From Aliivibrio fischeri ES114 (GTDB lineage: Bacteria > Pseudomonadota > Gammaproteobacteria > Enterobacterales > Vibrionaceae): 32,000 bases of DNA. Of this stretch, positions 25,115 through 32,000 are shown piece by piece. The first letter of the stretch is position 1. Each line of letters opens with the position of its first letter. A program made the translations under genes and the position numbers. The stretch lies in NCBI RefSeq assembly GCF_000011805.1, contig NC_006840.2, one strand, 5' to 3'. The notes below the pieces were generated by a model. It saw nothing but the letters and a program-made list of their open reading frames with translations, did not search any database and was not told where the DNA came from.

Positions 25115-27981
25115 TTTAACAAAGAAGGATATCCCCAACCGTTTTCATTTTTTATCACTTTTTCTTCGGTTAAATATTGATACAGTGTTGGAGCTAAAGA
25201 ACCGTTCTCTTCAATGATAAGTGGTGCCATCTTATTCTTTATAGGCTTACCCCAAAACCCTAAGAACGCATCTTTCTCTAAATAATGCTCTCCCGCATGA
25301 CGACCTGGCACCTTGGTGTTAAAGCCAACACCAAACTTAGGAAATAAATTGATCGTTCCTGCTCTGTCTTCTTCGTACAAATAGGCTAATTGGTTTACCA
25401 CATCAGGACGAGCTGTAAATGATGTTAATGTTCGCCATTCTTGCTCTGTACACCATGAACTATCTTCATTAGCATCAGCTGAGATCATGCAACGTTGGTA
25501 TAGTTCATCATATTGCTTTTGTTCAGTCTCGTTTAACTGTGGTTTATAGATATTAAGTACATCGACCTCAAGTAATTGAGATGAGCCAGCAACAGGTTGA
25601 TAAAACAGTCGGTTGCCCTTCTTAGAGATCAATTCATCAACTCTTATGTCGTCTTTAAATCCAATAACTCGTATCTGACATTCATCTAACGAACAAGGTG
25701 TTTCTCTCACAACTAAATAATCTAACGACTCTTTTAAACGTGAAGCAATTTCATTCACAATATTAATCGGTTGATCTTCAGGTGCATTAACGGGTATCCA
25801 TGTTGTGAGTTCGCTATACGTAGGTTGTACTTTCCATCCTTGTTGAGAATTAAAAAAGTCCATCATAAAATTACCACCAGCAGTAGAAGCCACAACAACA
25901 TCAACCTCTTTATTACTCTCATAATTTAAGGCATTCGTAATTTTTGGACCCTCTCCTTCATCCGATGATATTTTCTTAATGACTAAAGGGTAATCTAGCT
26001 CAGCCTGAAGCGTTTCAAATACTTGTTTCTCAGGGTTTAATGAATAATAAACTGGAGCCAAACCATGATCACCCGCCATTCCCCACAACGTGCGATCATA
26101 AACATTAGCGGATTTATACACATCTGAAATTTGCGTTAACCAATAATCCAAGCGGTTAAGCTCCCCCGTTGGCATCAATATTTCATCACTAAAAGGGCCA
26201 GTAAAATGAGCAAAGTGATCTGGCCATGGGTTATAAATAAGAGCGTAATCCGGCATCCCTTTTTGCTCTAACTTAGAGAGCGTTTCTAATTCTTGCTGAA
26301 TCTTCCATTTCTGTGTGAGCTTACTGTAAATATCCAACACAAAAATATTTTGATAAATGCCAATCTCTTCAATTAGCTCTGCTCTCATTTCTGTTATGGT
26401 TTTTTCTGTTTTTGCTCTTTGAGTTAATTCACGTAAACACCGTTTTTCCCCAAAATCACGCAGGCTTTCTCCTGCCCCTAAATTAACTAAACCATCGTAA
26501 GTTGTATGTGCATTCCAATCATACTGAGCATTGCAGTTGAGCGTAACTAAGTAATCTAGGCGATCAAACATAGTTTGAACTTTATTTGCATCCATTAATC
26601 GATCTAACTGCAACGCATCATTACCAAAAAAGTAATAGGCTCGGTCATCTTGTCTGTCAACAAAGTGGAAATTAGGGATCCCAGTTCCTCCCTCGCCAGA
26701 TACCTTTGCTCCTGTTTTGATTATTGGTAAATTACGAACGCTTATCGTAGGTGTTGATGAAATGCCAACATTAACAATGCTCTTTTCATACTCTTGATAT
26801 AACTGACTAAAAAAAGGCAAATAGTTTGGGTCTTGATAACCCTTTTCTATCATGGTTTTTAAGAAAGTAAGTTGCTGTTCATGCTCAGGTTGAGAAGTTG
26901 GCTCCCCCTGAGGCTTATATTCATTGCGATTTAAGTGGTCTTGATATATCTGCTTTAAAAACGTTTTTTCTGTTGGTGTAACTAAGCCTTCAATAAGTCC
27001 TTGTTGCAGGCCATCTACCGTAACTTGTACGGCCAATCGACGCTGTTGACGTGATGCTAAATATGCAACTAAGGTGTCAGGGTTGTCTTTAAATGTTTCT
27101 TGTAACCACGAGTTTAATGCAATTTGTCGTTGCTCTTGATACACAAATTGACGATAAGATTTCAGCACGTTAAGACGAACAAAATCAATCAATGTTATGG
27201 TCAGGGCTTCTGCTTTATTATTTACTTTGTTTTTATTCTCGGGTTTACCATCTGCAATAATAAGCTCTAATGCACTTCGCATCTCTCCCTTATCCATACC
27301 AAGCACAGATTTCTCTAAACCAGATAATATAATTGGCTGAATCTTATCGATAATGGCTTTGTCTTCCGGGCTATCTGAAAGATACGTATAGCGATCCGGT
27401 AAGGTATTAAGATCTTTCCACTCACCAATTTGAACCAATTCATCATAAACCACTACCATATTGGCGATAAATTTACGATCAACCTTCAATCCTTGATGAT
27501 GTCCTTCTGATGGTTTCGATGCATCTTCTTCTTTTTGAAGCTCATTAAGTGTGAACAAAGAATGGCTAAAACGCTGTAATTCTTCTTCACTGTATTTAGT
27601 TTTTAAATAAGCTTTAAACGCATCTTCATTATCCATGTTTCCGTATTTATCAACGAAAGTATAAAGAAAATGCCCAAGAGGAATGGCGTAATAAGGATTA
27701 GATAATTGTGCAATAACGCGTTTTTTGACGCTACTATCAAGCGGTAGAGATAAAATGTAAGCATCTAGCGTAAGGCCTGCAATAGTAAAAATAGCAGCGT
27801 CACGAACGGTGGTTGTCGTATAAGTAATAGAATCATTGATTTGATGTTTTAAGATCTCGCTTGAATTAACAATACCGCCAACAACAGGCACTGCACTGAT
27901 ATTTGCGGAACATGGCAAGCTCAACATAGAAAATGATAACGCACTCATTCCTAATAACGACGACACCGTTCTTTTTTTCAC
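25111..27981 (-). CDS. large exported protein with type I phosphodiesterase/nucleotide pyrophosphatase (alkaline phosphatase superfamily)-like catalytic motifs
   Basis: Ordered motifs VTVDGL, SSTPTISVRNLPIIKTG, GIPNFHF, PDHFAHFTGP, GDHG and GRHAGEH match the NPP metal-ligand/nucleophile pattern. GTG at 27979-27981 (AAGGAA upstream, 1 nt after the upstream stop) gives the signal peptide MKKRTVSSLLGMSALSFSMLSLPCSA. Alternative starts are ATG 27999 and TTG 28011. Confidence 0.65.
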   Translation of the reverse strand: MKKRTVSSLLGMSALSFSMLSLPCSANISAVPVVGGIVNSSEILKHQINDSITYTTTTVRDAAIFTIAGLTLDAYILSLPLDSSVKKRVIAQLSNPYYAIPLGHFLYTFVDKYGNMDNEDAFKAYLKTKYSEEELQRFSHSLFTLNELQKEEDASKPSEGHHQGLKVDRKFIANMVVVYDELVQIGEWKDLNTLPDRYTYLSDSPEDKAIIDKIQPIILSGLEKSVLGMDKGEMRSALELIIADGKPENKNKVNNKAEALTITLIDFVRLNVLKSYRQFVYQEQRQIALNSWLQETFKDNPDTLVAYLASRQQRRLAVQVTVDGLQQGLIEGLVTPTEKTFLKQIYQDHLNRNEYKPQGEPTSQPEHEQQLTFLKTMIEKGYQDPNYLPFFSQLYQEYEKSIVNVGISSTPTISVRNLPIIKTGAKVSGEGGTGIPNFHFVDRQDDRAYYFFGNDALQLDRLMDANKVQTMFDRLDYLVTLNCNAQYDWNAHTTYDGLVNLGAGESLRDFGEKRCLRELTQRAKTEKTITEMRAELIEEIGIYQNIFVLDIYSKLTQKWKIQQELETLSKLEQKGMPDYALIYNPWPDHFAHFTGPFSDEILMPTGELNRLDYWLTQISDVYKSANVYDRTLWGMAGDHGLAPVYYSLNPEKQVFETLQAELDYPLVIKKISSDEGEGPKITNALNYESNKEVDVVVASTAGGNFMMDFFNSQQGWKVQPTYSELTTWIPVNAPEDQPINIVNEIASRLKESLDYLVVRETPCSLDECQIRVIGFKDDIRVDELISKKGNRLFYQPVAGSSQLLEVDVLNIYKPQLNETEQKQYDELYQRCMISADANEDSSWCTEQEWRTLTSFTARPDVVNQLAYLYEEDRAGTINLFPKFGVGFNTKVPGRHAGEHYLEKDAFLGFWGKPIKNKMAPLIIEENGSLAPTLYQYLTEEKVIKNENGWGYPSLLN

Positions 27982-27982
27982 T

Positions 27983-29140
27983 TTAATTTCCTTTTCCATA
28001 TTGCTGAACAATGTTGTTCAGTGGTGGCATTTTTAAATATTTATAATTACACATTTGAATGTAGCCAACTTCTCGTTCTGGTGAAAACCAAAATTCAGTC
28101 ACCATTCCATCAAGAGAATAACCTGAATGGCTATAGAATTCACCACCGTATAAATTCTTTGCTATCAAGCCATTAACGTATTTTGAATCGCCCATTTTAA
28201 ATTCTACCGCTCCCCAATACGTTGTAAATGCTGGGTATTCACCTTTAGATAACGCAAGTAACTTTTCACGGGCTTCATCCGCATACTTAGGTTTAATTAG
28301 ATGCTCCATCCATTTTGCCATATCAGGCACCGTACTTTGTATTCCACCATCGCCTTGACTTGGTAACATGGTGTGGCTGTGAGCATAATTACCGTATTTA
28401 TCGACATAATAACTGGACGCTTTCCAGTTAATCAGAAAATTGTCTTTCGTTGATGCTTGAGTGTTACTCATTTTTAAAGGAATGAAAATTCGAGAGGCTA
28501 TTTCATCTTCAAACTTATTGTTGGTTACTTTTTCAATAATATCAGCAAGTAACACATACCCTGTATTACTATATGAAATTGAGGTTCCCGGCGTAAATGT
28601 GGGGGATTTTAATTGTTTACTAAAACCGACAATTTCTGAAAACAAGTATGATTTATCGACCATCCCACCCCAAAGCGCGGTATTCAATTCTTTATCATTA
28701 GTTTTAAAGCGCTTCATTAAATAAAGAGCGGACTCTGTATCATTTAAATAATCAGGTATGCCACTTTGATGATGAATTAAATGAAAAAGTGTGACGTTAT
28801 TAAACCAATCAGGGCCATCTTTATAAAAGTCTGCCAACGTTTGTTTTTGAGATAAAAGCCCCTCAGATTCCAACGCCATAATAATATAAGCTGTCATATG
28901 CTTACTGACAGAGCCAATATCAAAAACAGTTTTATTATCAATAGGAGTTTGATATCGAATATTTGATTGGCCAACATAAAGTTGCTCAATTAATTTATCA
29001 GATTGAACAATACCCACGCCGCAACCGGGTGTTTCATTATCTTGAATGGTAAAATACTGGCCAATATTAAGGTCTTTTGCTGATAACGCCGAAGATAATA
29101 ATAAAGGTAATGAGATGAAGCTTAGCGTATAACGATTCAT
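27983..29140 (-). CDS. exported serine hydrolase, beta-lactamase / family VIII esterase fold
   Basis: Signal peptide MNRYTLSFISLPLLLSSALSA. Motifs SxxK (GSVSKHM), YxN (YSNTGY) and HSG (YSHSGY). 385 aa. Confidence 0.8.
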   Translation of the reverse strand: MNRYTLSFISLPLLLSSALSAKDLNIGQYFTIQDNETPGCGVGIVQSDKLIEQLYVGQSNIRYQTPIDNKTVFDIGSVSKHMTAYIIMALESEGLLSQKQTLADFYKDGPDWFNNVTLFHLIHHQSGIPDYLNDTESALYLMKRFKTNDKELNTALWGGMVDKSYLFSEIVGFSKQLKSPTFTPGTSISYSNTGYVLLADIIEKVTNNKFEDEIASRIFIPLKMSNTQASTKDNFLINWKASSYYVDKYGNYAHSHTMLPSQGDGGIQSTVPDMAKWMEHLIKPKYADEAREKLLALSKGEYPAFTTYWGAVEFKMGDSKYVNGLIAKNLYGGEFYSHSGYSLDGMVTEFWFSPEREVGYIQMCNYKYLKMPPLNNIVQQYGKGN

Positions 29141-29280
29141 GGAAGTCCTCTACAAAACTCATAACATTGAATTTATAGAATACTCCCACCACATCTTAAT
29201 GTTATAACTTGAGTCGGAATTCCGATTTACAATTCACTTTTATGCAATTGACTCACTTATCAATTACATTAGCTTTCATA

Positions 29281-29631
29281 TTATAAACCAAATCCAATCT
29301 TAGGTTGACGACGAACAGATCGCACGCCCCATGGGGTTAAATCAGGTTTTGGCTGCCCTTCAAAATCACCAAGACAAATGTATCCCTTAGAAAGGTAACG
29401 ATATAAGAAGTCACCGCCATCTAATGAACCTGTTTTATCATCACCAAATGGCAAATAAATTCGTTCAACACGAAGATCTGGTGCTTTTTTAAATGCAGGA
29501 TATGCTGTTGAATTAACTTGGCGTGAGTCTAAGCTATTGAGAAGTGCTTTATCTGACATTTTAGCTTTCATACGGCTAAAAATCATGATCATCCGTTTCT
29601 GTCTTTCTGAAGAGACAATTATCATTTCCAT
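29281..29631 (-). CDS. hypothetical small protein (116 aa from the first ATG; about 92 aa if it starts at MSDKALL)
   Basis: ORF with AAAGGA about 10 nt upstream of the ATG at 29631. No recognisable motif (…RVERIYLPFGDDKTGSLDGGDFLYRYLSKGYICLGDFEGQPKPDLTPWG…). Confidence 0.4.
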   Translation of the reverse strand: MEMIIVSSERQKRMIMIFSRMKAKMSDKALLNSLDSRQVNSTAYPAFKKAPDLRVERIYLPFGDDKTGSLDGGDFLYRYLSKGYICLGDFEGQPKPDLTPWGVRSVRRQPKIGFGL

Positions 29632-29693
29632 AATTGGATTTCCTTTGAAACGAGAAAGTATATAGTAAACCCCTTCTCACAACCATGTTTACT

Positions 29694-30224
29694 CTACATA
29701 ACCGGTGTCAATTGCTGAATCAGGCAACGATATTCATAACAATCAATAATTTCACCATCTACGAAAGCAAACTCAGGCTTAAATCCAACTTCTTTAAATC
29801 CATTTTTTATTAAGACTTTCTGAGATGCCGCATTATCTGTCGATGCTACTGCATTTATCGATGATAATTCATATCTGTTTTTCCCTATCTCTAACAGCTC
29901 TTTTGTGGCTAATGTTGCTAAACCTTGCGAAGTAAACTCTTCACCAATTCGATATCCGATTGAACCGCTGTTTTTCACTCTATCAATATTGTATAAATTT
30001 GCTCTGCCGAGTATTTGGCCATCTTCATCTTTAATTAACGTTGGGTAAAGTAGCCCTTTTTTATATTCAGCCAGACAAAAATTAACATGTTCTTTTATGC
30101 CATTATCATCAAAGAAATCATCGTCTCTGGCTTCAATGAAAGATTCAAACCACTCTTTATTGTTTAGTTCAAACTTTAGTAATGCCGACGCATCACTTTG
30201 TTTTAGTAATTCTAATTTGACCAT
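29694..30224 (-). CDS. GNAT-family N-acetyltransferase (RimJ/RimL-like)
   Basis: 176 aa. GSIGYRIGEEFTSQGLATLATKELLEIG (acetyl-CoA motif A region) and ASQKVLIKNGFKEVG are typical of the Acetyltransf_3/RimJ-like group. Confidence 0.8.
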   Translation of the reverse strand: MVKLELLKQSDASALLKFELNNKEWFESFIEARDDDFFDDNGIKEHVNFCLAEYKKGLLYPTLIKDEDGQILGRANLYNIDRVKNSGSIGYRIGEEFTSQGLATLATKELLEIGKNRYELSSINAVASTDNAASQKVLIKNGFKEVGFKPEFAFVDGEIIDCYEYRCLIQQLTPVM

Positions 30225-30310
30225 TATTAATCCCTCTTATGTTATTTCCTTTAGCAATGGCGTTAACTGAATTTACGTTAATATTATGTTGCTATAAATT
30301 GATTATAGAC

Positions 30311-30340
30311 AAAAAAAAGCCACGATATGTGATCGTGGCT
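30311..30340 (-). terminator. Rho-independent terminator downstream of the U32-family gene
   Basis: agccacgat (30318-30326) pairs with atcgtggct (30332-30340). The A-run at 30311-30318 gives a U-run on the minus transcript, 29 nt past the stop at 30369. Confidence 0.8.
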
Positions 30341-30368
30341 GACTATTTAAATCAAAGCGAAAAATTGA

Positions 30369-32000
30369 TTAAAGACCTTTCACATACTGATTATGTGTAT
30401 TAATAGGTACCATTGAATATAACGCTTCTTGAACCGCAGTTTCACCTTTAACCAGAGCCTCAAAGTGCGTTGCTAACTTAACAATATCCGCTTGTTCTTT
30501 AGAACCACCACCAATATTAGTTAAATCAATAAAGAATTCATCAAACAAATCAGATAAATCATTAACGACATCCATGTTTAAAAACTGCTCATGGTTATAA
30601 ATACTTGGGTAGCCACCTTTTTGCTTATCTACAGCAAAAGAGACCCCTTTCATGTTCGTAATAGTTGTCGCTTTTTCACACTTAATCATACAACCCGCTT
30701 CAATCGCACGCTTATTACAACCAACCGTTTGTTGGAAGAAGCATTGACGACTTGTCATCAACAAAATTGGATGATAAATGCTGTAAAGTAACTTAAAGTT
30801 TTCAGGACGACGAATGTGTTTCATTTGTCCTTGATTTATTTCATTAGAAATGAACGCACCAGCACAATTAAACTCTTCTTTTAGTGTAATTAATGCGTGT
30901 GAGTTGGTGGTATTCATGAATGGACCCGCAACCCACTCAATTCCCATTTCATAAGCTTTATAAGCAATACCTGTATTATTAGTAACAATACGTGCAGGTT
31001 TCACTTCTTCAAGGAATTTCACAGCTTCATTATAATCTTTACCAATCAATACCGCAGGGAACCATGGGATCAATCTTGGATTTTCTGAGAAGATGTTGAT
31101 GTACGTTTTATCATTGCGTCTAAAACTTTCTGGTAACTTAAAGTAAATATCTGCATCAGTAGCATCACATATTTTTAAGTCGGCAATATCTGCGATAAGC
31201 ATAGATAGCTTAGGTTGCTGTTCAACTTTCGGCTTCTGAGCTAATTTTGGTAATTCAACATGTTTAATAACGGCTTTATTTCCATTTAAACGATACGCAA
31301 TCTGATCTTTTAGATCTGAAAGTTCTTTAAAAGGCAGGATTAAACCTTCATCAACTTGAGAAAAATCATAGCCAGAGAACTCATAATCGCTATTAGAAAC
31401 CCCTTTAAAGCGTTTCTCTAGCTCTTTTTGTGTAATTGACTTCTCACCAGCAGCCATAAGTAACGATGTCGATTCTAATTCAAAGATCTCTTTTGAAGTT
31501 GCTACCACCACTTTTAATGGACTATCAAGCTGTGCTTTAAATGCAATGGATAATGGCAGTTTTGAAATATCCAGATCTTGAATTTTCTCACGTAGCTCTT
31601 CACCAAGATTGTCTTTTGCTGCGTTCAATTCAGCTTTAACATCATGAATTTGAACCACATCAATGGCATTACTTTTCTCTACCGCATGAGTAACACTGTG
31701 ATCTCTAGGGTTATCGATGAACATGTCTTTGGTTAAGTTACCAGTCAAAAATGAATTGGTAAAATCACGGTTAAACACTTTGTGAAGGTTTGAATCATCT
31801 TCTAATAAATCGCCAGACTCGATGAATTTATTGATGTTTTTGCGCCAATTATCAATAACCGTATAAACGTAATGAGAGCCTTTAATACGCCCTTCTACTT
31901 TTAAAGAATCAACTTTAGCATCAACCAGATCTGGCAAATCAAAATACGCTGAGTTGTCTTTTAAGTTTAGAGGGTATTTGTTACCAACCGCGGTTTCTTC
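30369..32000 (-). CDS. U32-family protein (peptidase U32 / Fe-S hydroxylase family), tandem-domain, 5' end beyond the right edge of the window
   Basis: DSLKVEGRIKGSHYVYTVIDNWRK is the U32 signature near the visible N-terminus. The frame stays open from the track's TTG (31937) to 32000 (EETAVGNKYPLNLKDNSAYFD...), so the gene is partial. The C-terminal half looks like a second U32 barrel with a 4-Cys cluster. Confidence 0.75.
   Translation of the reverse strand, partial: EETAVGNKYPLNLKDNSAYFDLPDLVDAKVDSLKVEGRIKGSHYVYTVIDNWRKNINKFIESGDLLEDDSNLHKVFNRDFTNSFLTGNLTKDMFIDNPRDHSVTHAVEKSNAIDVVQIHDVKAELNAAKDNLGEELREKIQDLDISKLPLSIAFKAQLDSPLKVVVATSKEIFELESTSLLMAAGEKSITQKELEKRFKGVSNSDYEFSGYDFSQVDEGLILPFKELSDLKDQIAYRLNGNKAVIKHVELPKLAQKPKVEQQPKLSMLIADIADLKICDATDADIYFKLPESFRRNDKTYINIFSENPRLIPWFPAVLIGKDYNEAVKFLEEVKPARIVTNNTGIAYKAYEMGIEWVAGPFMNTTNSHALITLKEEFNCAGAFISNEINQGQMKHIRRPENFKLLYSIYHPILLMTSRQCFFQQTVGCNKRAIEAGCMIKCEKATTITNMKGVSFAVDKQKGGYPSIYNHEQFLNMDVVNDLSDLFDEFFIDLTNIGGGSKEQADIVKLATHFEALVKGETAVQEALYSMVPINTHNQYVKGL

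Noticed and set aside
29161-29225. Palindromes upstream of the serine hydrolase gene: TCGGAATTCCGA (29214-29225) and ATAACATT...AATGTTAT (29161-29168 / 29198-29205)
   Set aside because: They may be operator or terminator elements, but the stems are short, there is no U-tract and no known consensus. Evidence is insufficient to annotate them.
29281-30224. GNAT plus small ORF as a GNAT-type toxin-antitoxin pair (TacT/AtaT-like)
   Set aside because: In known GNAT TA modules the small antitoxin gene precedes and usually overlaps the toxin. Here the small gene follows after 62 nt. The GNAT also looks RimJ/RimL-like rather than toxin-like.

Overview
Chromosomal window from a low-GC gammaproteobacterium. 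Gene content looks Vibrionaceae/Alteromonadales-like, which is inference only. Almost every gene is on the minus strand. I saw no rRNA, tRNA, CRISPR, integrase or transposase.

Layout:
(1) 1-1850: AT-rich patch of orphan genes. It holds a partial unknown ORF running off the left edge and a DUF2971-like gene whose conserved N-terminus has no usable start codon.
(2) 1875-11099: a complete periplasmic, cysteine-type (non-seleno) formate dehydrogenase locus. Order is DUF3305-DUF3306, a large Fe-S protein with ferredoxin-type Cys motifs, a TorD-like chaperone, a small Tat-signal peptide (FdhX-like), FdhA, FdhB and FdhC, with divergent fdhD.
(3) 11244-16773: a c-di-GMP phosphodiesterase of HD-GYP type (variant GYL motif) with two periplasmic solute-binding domains, MltC, and a dCache chemoreceptor.
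(4) 17042-25114: a pyroglutamate/5-oxoproline locus. It contains pcp, DUF979, DUF969, a terminator, an NRAMP-like transporter, pxpCBA and a DUF1445 D-glutamate-cyclase-family gene, plus a divergent LysR regulator.
(5) 25111-29140: a translationally coupled exported pair. One partner is a beta-lactamase-fold serine hydrolase. The other is a ~955-aa protein with a dispersed NPP/alkaline-phosphatase catalytic motif set.
(6) 29281-32000: an orphan small protein, a GNAT acetyltransferase, and a partial tandem U32-family protein.

Many ORFs in the supplied track begin at the most upstream TTG/GTG and are over-extended at the N-terminus. I give re-evaluated starts where the sequence (SD spacing, signal peptides, neighbour overlap) supports them.

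Best candidates for something undescribed:
- the exported hydrolase/NPP-like pair
- the composite 5-oxoproline locus, with DUF1445 and an adjacent chemoreceptor carrying an altered amino-acid-binding motif
- the DUF3305/DUF3306/Fe-S accessory genes of the formate dehydrogenase locus

All family calls are by-eye motif recognition. No database search was possible.
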